From an uncultured Gemmatimonadales bacterium (GTDB lineage: Bacteria > Gemmatimonadota > Gemmatimonadetes > Gemmatimonadales > GWC2-71-9), in contig CAVOGR010000005.1 of assembly GCA_963695555.1 (NCBI GenBank), forward strand, positions 465,302 to 529,301: 64,000 bases of DNA, given 5' to 3'. Position 1 is the stretch's first letter. Each line of letters starts with the position of its first letter. The notes under the pieces are model-generated. The model was not told the DNA's origin and did not search any database. It saw only the letters and a list, made by a program, of their open reading frames with translations. The position numbers were made by a program, and so were the translations under genes. Positions 1 to 9,803 of this stretch are shown in pieces.

Positions 1-1
1 C

Positions 2-2011
2 GCGGATCGTCTGCTGCAGGAGCCAGCGGCAGACCGCCTGTCGCCAGCCCTTTGCACCGGCCCTGTCGAGAACAGCCAGCGTGGCCGCCAGGCTGTCCTG
101 CGCCAGGCGTTCCCAATCCGGCTCCGCCCCGGGGTCGCCGCCGGGGCCTGTGCCGTAGGGGGGGAACGGAACGCGCCGCGCGCCGCGCGCCCGCGCGTCC
201 CGCAGCAATTCCAGCGGGCCCGTCGGATAGCGATGCAGCGTCACCACGTTTCGCCCGTAGCGGAAAACCGCCGTCTGCCGCAGCCAGCCGTTGAAGACCG
301 TATCCTCGGACACTCGCAGCCCCGGGGGGAAGTAGCCTGTGCGCACCAGCGCAGGGCGCGCATAGGAGACCCCGTAGTGCGAAACCTCCGCGTCGGGCGT
401 ATCCCGCCGCCGCCGCCGGTGCATCAGCGCGTTTGCAGCCCTGGAGATGGGGTTGCGGGGTCGGTGCGGAATGACCGGGGAGGATACCGCCTCGGCCCCG
501 GCACGGTGCAGCGCCAGCCGCTGCGCGACCCACCCCGGCCGGGCGATGCAGTCGGCCGCCAGAAAGGCCACGAACGGCGCGGTTGACGCATCCACCCCGA
601 TATTGCGGATCGCCCCCACGAACAGCGGCTCGGCAACCTCGATCAGCCGGATCCGATCGAGATGGGGCGCCAGCAGCCGGCGCGGGCTGACACCCCCGGA
701 ATTGACGACCACGATCTCGGCCCCGGGCTCCTGTGCGCAGACCGATGCGACCGCGGCACGCAATGCGGCCGGCGCGCGAAAGGCCAGCACGACTACGGCA
801 AGCTCCGCGCCGGTGTCGACGCGCGCGCCCTCTCGCAGGCGGGCGGGTCCCGCGGTCCAGCGCCGCCATAGTGCGCCGGGTCCCTTGAAGCGCGCCATGC
901 TCGTCCGCAGCATCGCGGCCTGCTGGCGCGCGAGCAGACTGCCCGGGGCGCAGCGCAGCGCATCCTTTGCCGCTGCGCGCGCCTCCTCCAGCCTGCCCTG
1001 AGCCGCTAGCGCCCGGCTCATGAACAGATGCGCGGCTGAACTCTGCGGGTCGGCCGCCGCCGCCGCCTCGGCCGCCGCCAGCGCCGCAGCCGTCTGCCGC
1101 GCGTCCAGCGCCGCGCTAGCGGTCAGCAGCTGCAGGTCGCTGTCGCCGGGCGCCGCGTCGGCGAGGTCCCGCGCGACGCGGTATGCGCCGGCCGTGTCCC
1201 CAGCCGCGCGCTGGGCCGCGATCAGGTGCAGGCGGTTCGCGGGGCTGTCGGGCACCGGAGCGCGCGGCAGACCACCGGGCGCGGACCAGAGCCTGCCGTC
1301 GTCCCGGTGCGGGGGATGGTACTCCCGCCCAGCCGGGATCTCCTCCAGCACCGCGTCGCGCTCGTCGACGAGGTAGTCGTAGCCGATGGCCTGATGCGCG
1401 CGCTCCGGATCGGCTGCTGCATAGAGATCGCGCCGGCGTTGGCGCCGCTGGGGCGAGATCATGTTCAGATGATAGAGATTGATCCCGGTGCTGCGCCGGA
1501 CGACCCCGGAGTTGTCGGCGATCCAGCCGCCGTGCAGCGCCGCGGGGGAGGCATTCAACGCCGGCAGGCAGGGAAACAGCCGCATCGCCTTCTTGCGACC
1601 CCACAGCCCGTCGACGCGATAGGCGTCCGGGGTGAACATCTCGCGCAGCTCGAACGACCAGCGCGTATTGGGGGGCGCCGCCGTGAGTTCGCCGATCCGC
1701 TCGGCCAGGGTGGCCTCGAACCGCTCGTCCGGGTCCACGGCGAGGATCCAGTCCGCGCCCATGTCGCGCGCGGCCGCCAGCAGCAGGTTGCGCCGGGTCG
1801 GCTCGTCGCTCAGCGCATCCTTTGCCCTGCGATCATCGAATGCCGCCCAGCCATGCACCACGCCCGAGAGGTTCTCTATCAGCGCAGGAACCAGATGCGC
1901 GTCGTAGCGGTAGGAAAAGACCCCGATAACACGGGCGCACGCGGCCGGTTGGATCCGGCTTGTGTGTGTCTCGAGACCTGGCATTGCGAAGCTGTGCCAC
2001 TCATTACTCAT
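2..2011 (-). CDS. Glycosyltransferase family 2 domain - TPR-like - glycosyltransferase family 2 domain fusion; 3' end apparently runs off the window start (alternative start 1984)
   Basis: Manually translated (absent from the ORF track; read open down to about 480): ...RVIGVFSYRYDAHLV...ADWILAVDPDERF (DxD)...LYHL..., Ala-rich helical repeats (AAAADPQSSAAHLFMSRALAAQGRLEEAR), then LAVVVLAF...EIVVVNSG...IRNIGVDASTAPFVAFLAADC. Confidence 0.7.
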   Translation of the reverse strand, partial: MSNEWHSFAMPGLETHTSRIQPAACARVIGVFSYRYDAHLVPALIENLSGVVHGWAAFDDRRAKDALSDEPTRRNLLLAAARDMGADWILAVDPDERFEATLAERIGELTAAPPNTRWSFELREMFTPDAYRVDGLWGRKKAMRLFPCLPALNASPAALHGGWIADNSGVVRRSTGINLYHLNMISPQRRQRRRDLYAAADPERAHQAIGYDYLVDERDAVLEEIPAGREYHPPHRDDGRLWSAPGGLPRAPVPDSPANRLHLIAAQRAAGDTAGAYRVARDLADAAPGDSDLQLLTASAALDARQTAAALAAAEAAAAADPQSSAAHLFMSRALAAQGRLEEARAAAKDALRCAPGSLLARQQAAMLRTSMARFKGPGALWRRWTAGPARLREGARVDTGAELAVVVLAFRAPAALRAAVASVCAQEPGAEIVVVNSGGVSPRRLLAPHLDRIRLIEVAEPLFVGAIRNIGVDASTAPFVAFLAADCIARPGWVAQRLALHRAGAEAVSSPVIPHRPRNPISRAANALMHRRRRRDTPDAEVSHYGVSYARPALVRTGYFPPGLRVSEDTVFNGWLRQTAVFRYGRNVVTLHRYPTGPLELLRDARARGARRVPFPPYGTGPGGDPGAEPDWERLAQDSLAATLAVLDRAGAKGWRQAVCRWLLQQTIR

Positions 2012-2294
2012 TTGCCGTGAGCATGGAAGCCGCCCGCGGGCCTTGTCAACTCTCAACCCGCGCGGCGCGCTCGCCGCCGTGGCCGTGACGTTCGCGGGCA
2101 TGCTGGTATTCCGCGGCCCGACGCTCTGGGTGTTCCAGAAGGGCGCATCAAGCGATCGGCGGAGCGCCCTGGTCTCGCGGGGCGTGGCGCTTGCAAAGGC
2201 GCAGACGGGTCCGCACAGTAGCAGCATCGAGCCCTGCCCGGATCGTCATGCGGACACGCCGTATCCTCCGTTCCCCGACCGCGACGTGCGCCGC

Positions 2295-3488
2295 ATGCAG
2301 CGGCTGAGCCAGTCGCCGCGGGAGGCGGGTTTCGTCCAGGACCCCTACCCGTTCTATGACCGCGCCCGGGCGGCGGGGCCGCTGTTCTTCTGGGAGGACT
2401 ACGGGTTTCCCTGCGCAGCCGGGTATGACGCGGTGAACGCCATCCTGCGCGACCGCCGCCTCGGGCGCGAACCGCCGGAGGAGATGAAGCCGGCGCGGCC
2501 CGCACATCTCGCCGCCTTCTACGCCGTGGACGACCTCTCGATGCTCGACCGCGAGCCGCCGGCGCATACGCGGCTGCGCGGTCTGGTGCTGCGCGCCTTC
2601 ACCTCGCGGCGGATCGCGGCGCTGGAGCCGGAGATCGCGGCGGTGGCGACGGGGCTCGTCGATCGGATCGAGGGACCGGAGATCGACCTGATCCCGACTT
2701 TCGCCGAGTTGCTGCCGGTCATCGTGATCGCGCGCCTGCTCGGCGTGCCGGAGGACATGGCGGGGCAGCTTCTGCGCTGGTCGCACGAGATGGTGGCCAT
2801 GTACCAGGCGCGGCGCGATCGCGAGGTCGAGGAGCGGGCGAACCGCGCTGCCGGGGAATTCGCGGCCTTCCTGCGCACCCACGTCGAGGCGCGGCGGGCG
2901 CGGCCGGGGGACGATCTCATCAGCCAGCTGAACGCGGCGGAGGACGGCGGCGACCGACTGAGTTCGGACGAGCTGATCGCCACCTGCATCCTCTTGCTGA
3001 ATGCCGGGCACGAGGCGACGGTGCATGTGATCGGCAACGGGCTCAATGCGTTCTTCGCCGCGGGCTGCGATCCCGGGGCAGTGTTCGGCGACCCGGGCCG
3101 GACGCGCGCGGCGGTGGAGGAGATGCTGCGCTTCGATCCTCCGCTGCATCTCTTCACCCGCATCGCGCGCGAGGACGTGGAGATCCTGGGCGTGCGGCTG
3201 CGGCGGGGCGAAGAGGTCGGCTGCCTGCTGGCCGCGGCCAACCGCGACCCGGCGCGCTTCGAGGACCCCGGCCGGTTCGACCCGGGCAGGGCGAATGCGG
3301 GGGCGCAACTGGCTTTCGGGGCGGGCATCCACTTCTGCGTCGGCGCGCCGCTCGCCCGGAGCGAGCTGGCGGTGGCGCTGCCCATTCTGTTCGAACGGCT
3401 GCCGGGGCTGCGGCCGACGGGACCTTCGATCTTTGCCGACCGCTACCATTTCCGCGGGCTGACGGCGCTGCCGATGTGCACCGTCTGA
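2295..3488 (+). CDS. Cytochrome P450
   Basis: AGHEAT I-helix, EMLR (ExxR), FGAGIHFCVG heme-Cys motif; likely start MQRLSQSP inside ORF 1962..3488. Confidence 0.95.
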   Translation: MQRLSQSPREAGFVQDPYPFYDRARAAGPLFFWEDYGFPCAAGYDAVNAILRDRRLGREPPEEMKPARPAHLAAFYAVDDLSMLDREPPAHTRLRGLVLRAFTSRRIAALEPEIAAVATGLVDRIEGPEIDLIPTFAELLPVIVIARLLGVPEDMAGQLLRWSHEMVAMYQARRDREVEERANRAAGEFAAFLRTHVEARRARPGDDLISQLNAAEDGGDRLSSDELIATCILLLNAGHEATVHVIGNGLNAFFAAGCDPGAVFGDPGRTRAAVEEMLRFDPPLHLFTRIAREDVEILGVRLRRGEEVGCLLAAANRDPARFEDPGRFDPGRANAGAQLAFGAGIHFCVGAPLARSELAVALPILFERLPGLRPTGPSIFADRYHFRGLTALPMCTV

Positions 3489-3567
3489 CGCTGATCGCGA
3501 ATCGTCTCGCGCGGCGCAGGGTTCCGGCGTATCTGGATCGCGCTGATTCACAGCACAGGGGGTAACC

Positions 3568-4254
3568 GTGTTCAACAAGCTGTCCGCCGAGGCTTTCGGC
3601 ACATTCTGGCTGGTGTTCGGAGGCTGCGGCAGCGCCGTGCTCGCCGCCGGCTTTCCGGAACTCGGCATCGGTTTCGCGGGGGTCGCACTTGCGTTCGGTT
3701 TGACCGTGCTGACCATGGCCTATGCCGTCGGCCCGATCTCGGGCGGGCATTTCAACCCGGCGGTCACGCTGGGCCTCGCCGTGGGCGGGCGCTTCGAGTG
3801 GAGCGAGGTTCTCCCCTACTGGATCGCCCAGGTCGTCGGCGGCACGATCGCTGCGCTGATCCTCTACATCATCGCCTCGGGGGCGCCGGAGTGGAGCGCG
3901 GGCGGCTTCGCCAGCAACGGCTATGGCGCGCTCTCGCCGGGCGGCTACAGCCTCATGTCGGCACTGCTGATCGAGATCGTGCTGACCGGGTTCTTCATCA
4001 TCGTTATCCTCGGGGCCACCAGGGCGACGGCGCCGGCGGGCTTCGCGCCGATCGCCATCGGCCTCTGCCTGACGCTGATTCACCTGATCTCGATCCCGGT
4101 GACGAATACCTCGGTCAACCCGGCGCGCTCGACGGCGGTGGCGTTCTTTGCCGAGACGGCGGCGCTGGGGCAGCTTTGGCTGTTCTGGGTGGCGCCGCTG
4201 ATCGGTGCGGCACTGGGCGCGCTGATCTGGGCCGGTCTGCTCGGCCGCGACTGA
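3568..4254 (+). CDS. aqpZ: Aquaporin Z
   Basis: [10 protein letters not shown] and [13 protein letters not shown] motifs, [23 protein letters not shown]. Confidence 0.97.
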   Translation: MFNKLSAEAFGTFWLVFGGCGSAVLAAGFPELGIGFAGVALAFGLTVLTMAYAVGPISGGHFNPAVTLGLAVGGRFEWSEVLPYWIAQVVGGTIAALILYIIASGAPEWSAGGFASNGYGALSPGGYSLMSALLIEIVLTGFFIIVILGATRATAPAGFAPIAIGLCLTLIHLISIPVTNTSVNPARSTAVAFFAETAALGQLWLFWVAPLIGAALGALIWAGLLGRD

Positions 4255-4258
4255 GCGG

Positions 4259-5082
4259 ATGCGCGACGACCGCAGCCCGCCCGATCTGCCGGAATCTGGC
4301 GTTGCCCGGCTTCTGGCGATCATGTCGCGGCTGCGGGACCCCGACCGCGGTTGTCCCTGGGACGTCGTACAGGACTTCGACACGATCGCGCCCTACACGA
4401 TCGAGGAGGCCCACGAGGTGGCCGACGCGATCGCGCGGCGGGACATGGGGGGCTTGCGCGACGAGCTGGGCGATCTGCTGCTCCAGGTCGTCTACCACGC
4501 ACAGATGGCCTCGGAGGCGGGGGACTTCGGGTTCGACGACGTGGTGGCGGGGATATCTCGGAGAAGATGGTGCGGCGGCATCCGCATGTCTTCGGGGATG
4601 CCTCGCGCGACAAGAGTGCCGCCGATCAGACCCGCGACTGGGAGGCGATCAAGGCGGCGGAGCGGGCGGGGCGTGACGGCAGCGCGAGCGCGCTCGACGG
4701 GGTGATCGAGGGGCTGCCGGCGCTGACGCGGGCGGTGAAGCTGCAGAACCGGGCAGCGCGGGTCGGGTTCGACTGGCCGGACGCAGGCGCGGTGCTCGAC
4801 AAGATCGCCGAGGAGACGGCGGAGCTGGTCGAGGCGCGGGACGCAGGCGATGCGGGGGCGCTGGCCGAGGAATACGGCGACCTGATGTTCGTGATGGCGA
4901 ACCTGGCGCGGCATCTGGGGATCGATCCGGAGGCGGCGCTGCGGAGGGCCAATGCCAAGTTCACCCGGCGGTTCCGGGGGGTCGAGGCGGCGCTGGCCGC
5001 GGAGGGGCGGCGGCCGGAGGGTGCCACGCTGGCCGAGATGGATGCGCTCTGGGATGCGGTGAAACGGGACGAAAAGAAGTAG
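4259..5082 (+). CDS. mazG: Nucleoside triphosphate pyrophosphohydrolase MazG (frameshift near 4550)
   Basis: RLRDPDRGCPWD...TIEEAHEV...DELGDLLLQVVYHA in one frame; KMVRRHPHVFG...GFDWPD...EYGDLMF...ANAKFTRRF in another. Confidence 0.92.
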
Positions 5083-5101
5083 GCCCGCGCAGGATAACCA
5101 G

Positions 5102-5169
5102 TGCGGAGATTTTTCAAATAGTTGAAAAACAACGATAATCGTGGTTAATCGAGAGTTAACGGCACGCCC
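5102..5169. repeat. Dispersed intergenic element, family 1, copy A (IHF-like site plus CtrA-type TTAA-N7-TTAAC at 5145-5160)
   Basis: Gap-free 42/62 nt match to 22175-22236; lies between convergent mazG and the ArsR gene. Confidence 0.6.
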
Positions 5170-5181
5170 GCGGGCCTCGGA

Positions 5182-5523
5182 TCAGGGCCGCGCGCAGAAG
5201 ATGGCGTGCAGCGCCGTGACCAGCTGCTGCACCCGATCGTCCCCGATCGAATAGTAGATCGCCTTGCCCTCGCGGCGGCTGGTGACCAGGCCCTCGAGCC
5301 GCAGGCGGGCGAGTTGTTGGGAAACGGCCGCCTGGCGCGCACCGATCAGGTCCTCGAGCTCGCTGACCGATTTCTCGCCCTCGACGAGGTGGCAGAGGAT
5401 CATCAGCCGGCCCTCGTGGGCGAGCGCCTTCATCAGGTCGGAGGCGGCCCGCGCCTGTGCGGCCATGCCGCTCGCATCGGGTCCGCGCATCTCCGGCTCG
5501 GCAAGGATTGCATCGGTCGTCAT
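5182..5523 (-). CDS. ArsR/SmtB family regulator, SqrR/BigR-like persulfide sensor
   Basis: LMKALAHEGRLMILCHL...SQQLARLR...YYS...IFC; Cys pair in helices 2 and 5. Confidence 0.85.
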   Translation of the reverse strand: MTTDAILAEPEMRGPDASGMAAQARAASDLMKALAHEGRLMILCHLVEGEKSVSELEDLIGARQAAVSQQLARLRLEGLVTSRREGKAIYYSIGDDRVQQLVTALHAIFCARP

Positions 5524-5603
5524 CGACAAACGCCCTCTACGGCGATCATATCGGGACACTCATATAGAGAAAGTCGAAGATGATGGAAAGCCCCCTGTCG
5601 CGG

Positions 5604-5765
5604 CTACGGACAGAACCCCGGGCCTTCCTGGCGACGTAGCCAGTGCGCGGCAGCCGGTATCGCGGCCACGGCCTCCACACCCTCGCCTGCCGCGAGATCC
5701 GCACGTGCCGGGAGCGGCGCGAGCAGCGCCAGAAGCGCGATGCCCGCCAGAAGATGTCCAGCCAC
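5604..5765 (-). CDS. Small putative exported protein (53 aa) or gene remnant
   Basis: GTG start after AGGAGGGGAGG RBS; signal-like GHLLAGIALLALLAPLPARA then DLAAGE. Confidence 0.35.
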   Translation of the reverse strand: MAGHLLAGIALLALLAPLPARADLAAGEGVEAVAAIPAAAHWLRRQEGPGFCP

Positions 5766-5854
5766 GGCCTCCCCTCCTGTCGCTGGTGGTCCTCGTGATG
5801 AGCCTGCGACCGATACGGTCGCCGCGATAACGCGCGCACCCGATCGGGATCGCG

Positions 5855-8725
5855 TCAGCCGCAGGCGCCCACATGGCCGCAGGCGGTGCAGAAGTCGCAG
5901 CCGTCGCGGCGGATCAGGGTGGGGTGGCCGCATTCGGGGCAGGTGCGACCGGGCAGCACGGCTTGTCCGGGGGCGCCGGGCGCGGGGGCGTCGCTCCAGA
6001 GCACCGTGCCGCCGGCGACCGGATAGCCGCCGGCGTCGAGCACGCCGAGCATCTGGTACCGGTGGATCAGCAGCCGTGCGACATAGGCGATGGTCGAGGG
6101 CTGCACCGCCTGTTTCTCGCTGCCCGGCACGCGGGCGAAGAAGTCGCCCTGCGCCTCGGGCAGGTCCTTCAGGCCGCGCAGCTTCTTGCCGATCCAGGCG
6201 GGGTCGATGACGCGCATATCAAGGCTCAGCGACTTCGTGAGGCCGTTGAACTCCAGCGGATAAGCGCCCGACAGCCATACGGAAAACGGGCGCTTGGTGC
6301 CGTCGGGCAGTACGCATTCCTTCACGAACATCGCGAAGTCGTCGCCGGTGGTGGGGTTGAGGATGTCAACCGTCCAACTCAGCGTGCCATCGGCGCCGGA
6401 CTTCGGCTCCTTGCGCGAGAAGAGCGCATCGACCAGCGGTGTGCCGCCCTCCGGCCCGTCGAAGACGCCGAGCGCCGTGCAGCGGTATTCCAGCACCTTG
6501 GCGAAGGCGCTGACGGCACCCGCCACCGGCACTAGCCGGCCGTCGGGAGGCATTGCCATCTCGAATGGGGCGCCGGGGGTCTTGGCGAGGCTGTCGAGCT
6601 TCATCTTCAGCCAGCCGCGGTCCTGGGCGCGCAGGTCCATCGACATGTTCTTGGCCAGCGCGCCGAGGCCGCGCGGGGCTTCCTCGCCGTTCACCCAGAC
6701 CTCGAAGGGCTGGGCGGTGCCGTTCTCGACATGGCCCACGAAGACCGCGAAGCGGCGGCCGGGCGCCTCGACCATGTAGGTCCACGACGGCGAGCCCGGC
6801 CGTGAGCTTCGGCCGGTGCGGCCAGCGCAGGGCGGCGAGCGCCACCTGCGGCGCGCCCGTGATGCGGATGCGGCGGTCGGGCTCGGACTGGTCGAGGTCC
6901 TGCGGCGGGGTCTCGACCGAGAGGACCGAGCCGAGCACGCTGTTGGGGCGGTAGGTGGTGATACCCTTCAGGCCGGCCTTCCAGGCCTCGAGGTAGAGGG
7001 TCTCGAACTCCTCGAACGGATAGTCCTCGGGAACGTTCACGGTCTTGGAGATCGCCTGGTCGATGAAGGGCTGGATGGCCGCCTGCATCGCCATGTGGTC
7101 GCGCGCGCCGATCTCCAGCGCGTTGACGAAGGCGGCGGCAGCGCAGCGGTATTGCCGCCGCGCGCCTTCCAAAGCCGCCAGGCATGGTCCTCGACGGTGT
7201 ATTCGCGCATGCTCGCCGTCGGGTTCGCGCTTCTTGCGGGTGTAGTGCCAGGAATAGGCCGGCTCGATGCCGTTCGAGGCGTTGTCGGCGAAGGCGAGGC
7301 TGATGGTGCCGGTGGGGGCGATGGACAAGCAGGTGGCTGTTGCGAAGGCCATCCCCGGCGATCTGGGTGCGGATGTCGTCGGGCAGGCGTCTTGCCATGC
7401 CGGAGTCGAGGAGTTTGTCCGCATCGAGGAACGGGAAGCTGCCCTTCTCGCGGGCCAGCGCCACCGAGGCGCGGTAGGCGGCGTCGCGCAGGCGGCGGGC
7501 GAGGCCGGTGGCGGCGTCGCGACCCTCGGCGCTGTCGTAGCGCAGGCCCATCAGGATCAGCGTGTCGCCGAGACCGGTGAAGCCGAGGCCGATGCGCCGC
7601 TTGGAGGCGGCCTCCGCCGCCTGCTGGGGTAGCGGCCAGACAGTGGCGTCGAGCACGTTGTCGAGCATGCGCACGGCCACGGCCACGGTTGCCTCGAAGC
7701 CGTCATGGTCGAAGCCGGGGGTCTCGGAGAAGGGTCCGGTGACGAATCGCGTCAGGTCGATCGAGCCGAGGCAGCAGCAGCCGTGGTCGGGGATGGGGAT
7801 CTCGCCGCAGGGGTTGGTGGCCTCGATCCGCTCGCAGTAGGCGAGGTTGTTCTCGGCGTTGATGCGGTCGAGGAACAGCACGCCCGGCTCGGCGGCGTCA
7901 TAGGTGTTGCGCATGATCGTGCGCCAGAGTTCGCGCGCGCGGATCGTGGCATAGACCCAGAGGCCGTCCGCCCGCTGGTGCGCGCCCGCCGCGACCTGCA
8001 CCGGAGCCGGCTGGGCCTTGTGGACCAGCTCGAAGGTGCCGTCGGCCTCGACCGCCGCCATGAAGGCATCGGTGACGCCGACGGAGATGTTGAAGTTGTT
8101 GAGCCTCGCCCGCCTGGCGCTTGGCAGAGACGAACTCCATCACGTCCGGGTGGTCGCAGCGCAGCACGCCCATCTGCGCGCCGCGCCGCGAGCCCGCGCT
8201 CTCGACGGTGGCGCAGGACTGGTCGAAGACATGCATGTAGCTGATCGGGCCGGAGGCGGCGCTGTCGGTGCCGTGGACGCGGGCGCCGCGGGGCCGGATG
8301 GCCGAGAAGTCGTAGCCGACCCCGCCGCCGCGGCGCATGGTCTCGGCGGCCTCGCGGAGTGCGATGTAAATCCCGGGCTTGCCGTCCACGGTTTCGGAGA
8401 TCGAATCGCCCACCGGCTGCACGAAGCAGTTGATCAGGGTTACCTCCTCGATCCCGGCCCCTGCCGCAGAATTGATCCGCCCGCCGGGGATGAAGCCGTC
8501 CTCCAGCGCCTTGAGGAACACCGGTTCCCAGGCCGCCGGGTCGGCCTCGACTGCCGCCAGCGCGCGGGCCACGCGGCGGCGCACGGCGCGGGCCATGTCG
8601 GGGCCGTCGAGGTCGCGTTCCGCGCCCTTGGCGTACTTTTCGCGCAGGACGTCGAGGCTCACCTCCTGCCAGGGCAGGGCGATGGCGGTGTCCTCGCCGA
8701 AGTCCCGGCTGTCGGGTTTGTTCAT
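5855..8725 (-). CDS. nrdJ: Adenosylcobalamin-dependent (class II) ribonucleotide reductase, about 4 frameshifts
   Basis: [79 protein letters not shown] and a C-terminal CPECG...CDFCTACG zinc ribbon, spread over ORFs 7898..8725, 6691..8061, 6366..7424 and 5855..6775. Confidence 0.92.
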
Positions 8726-8760
8726 CGGGCAGACGCCTCTGGGGATGCGGATGACCTTTG

Positions 8761-8789
8761 AATGTAGGCGCCCGGTCCTGCAGGGTCAA
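8761..8789 (-). promoter_or_regulatory. Sigma70-type promoter of nrdJ
   Basis: Minus strand TTGACC-17 bp-TACATT about 35 bp upstream of the ATG; partial NrdR-box-like CCACAACATATG at 8824-8835. Confidence 0.55.
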
Positions 8790-8866
8790 TCGCGCGACGA
8801 TCTGGACGATGGGTAAAATCCGGCATATGTTGTGGAGCAGGGATCATCAGACAGCAAGCGGTGGAC

Positions 8867-9301
8867 ATGGCGGCATTGCATCTCCTCAAGCTTTGCGTGG
8901 GGGCGGACGGGGTGGAGGACCTCGTCGAGTGGCAGGCGGAGCGCATCGCCGAAGCGCGGGCGGCCGGGCAGGACGCGCGTCCCGCGCATGTCACCCGCAT
9001 GTGGCCGCGGCGCGAGGCGGAGCTTCTGGACGGAGGCTCGCTCTACTGGGTGTTCAAGGGGCTGGTGCTGGCACGCCAACGCATCCTGGGGCTGGAGCCG
9101 CGGAGGGGGGCCGACGGGATCGAACGCTGCGCGATCCGGCTCGATGCGGACGTGGTGCAGACCCATCCGCAGCCGCGGCGGCCCTTCCAGGGCTGGCGGT
9201 ATCTGCGGGACGAGGATGCACCGCGCGATCTCATGGCTCGCGGTGCCGCCGGCCTGCCGCCGGGCCTTGCGGCCGGGCTCGGCCTGGTCGGGGTGCTCTG
9301 A
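8867..9301 (+). CDS. DUF1489 family protein
   Basis: LHLLKLCVG...HVTRMWPRR...GGSLYWVFKG...PFQGWRYL...PRDL. Confidence 0.85.
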   Translation: MAALHLLKLCVGADGVEDLVEWQAERIAEARAAGQDARPAHVTRMWPRREAELLDGGSLYWVFKGLVLARQRILGLEPRRGADGIERCAIRLDADVVQTHPQPRRPFQGWRYLRDEDAPRDLMARGAAGLPPGLAAGLGLVGVL

Positions 9302-9302
9302 G

Positions 9303-9740
9303 ATGCGGCGGGTTCTCGCGGCCGTGCTGTCCGCCGCGCTGGGTACGGCGGTACCGGCGGCAGCCGATTACAACTGGAACGATCTGGCCGCCGAGTTCTG
9401 CCGCCTGACGCTGACCGGCGACCTGCCGGCGCTGCGGCCGCTCATCTCCGACGAGCTTGCCGCCGACATCGCCGCTGCCAGCGCCAACCCAGCGATGCCG
9501 CCTGCCCGCGTACTCTTCCAGACCTACGCCAACGAGGTGCCGGTCTGCCAGGTGCGCACCCGCAACGCCGCCATCGTCGAGGTCCGCCGCAGCAACCCCG
9601 GGGGCGCGGCGCCGGCCTGGACCGAGTACCTGGTCATCGTGCCCGAGCGCGACGGGACCACGCGGATCGACGATGTGCTCTTCGCCACCCGCCGCAGTGA
9701 CACGCTGCGCGCCCGCCTCTACAGCTACGCCGGGCGCTAG
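9303..9740 (+). CDS. Hypothetical exported protein
   Basis: Signal-like MRRVLAAVLSAALGTAVPAAA; starts 1 nt after the DUF1489 stop. Confidence 0.65.
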   Translation: MRRVLAAVLSAALGTAVPAAADYNWNDLAAEFCRLTLTGDLPALRPLISDELAADIAAASANPAMPPARVLFQTYANEVPVCQVRTRNAAIVEVRRSNPGGAAPAWTEYLVIVPERDGTTRIDDVLFATRRSDTLRARLYSYAGR

Positions 9741-9803
9741 GGCGGTTGAACAGCGGAGCGGCGGGTGATTTACCGGAAGGCCAGACATCTAGCGAGCAGA
9801 ACC

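Noticed and set aside
5560..5850. Possible cobalamin riboswitch near nrdJ
   Set aside because: Lies downstream of nrdJ and I could not find the B12-box consensus
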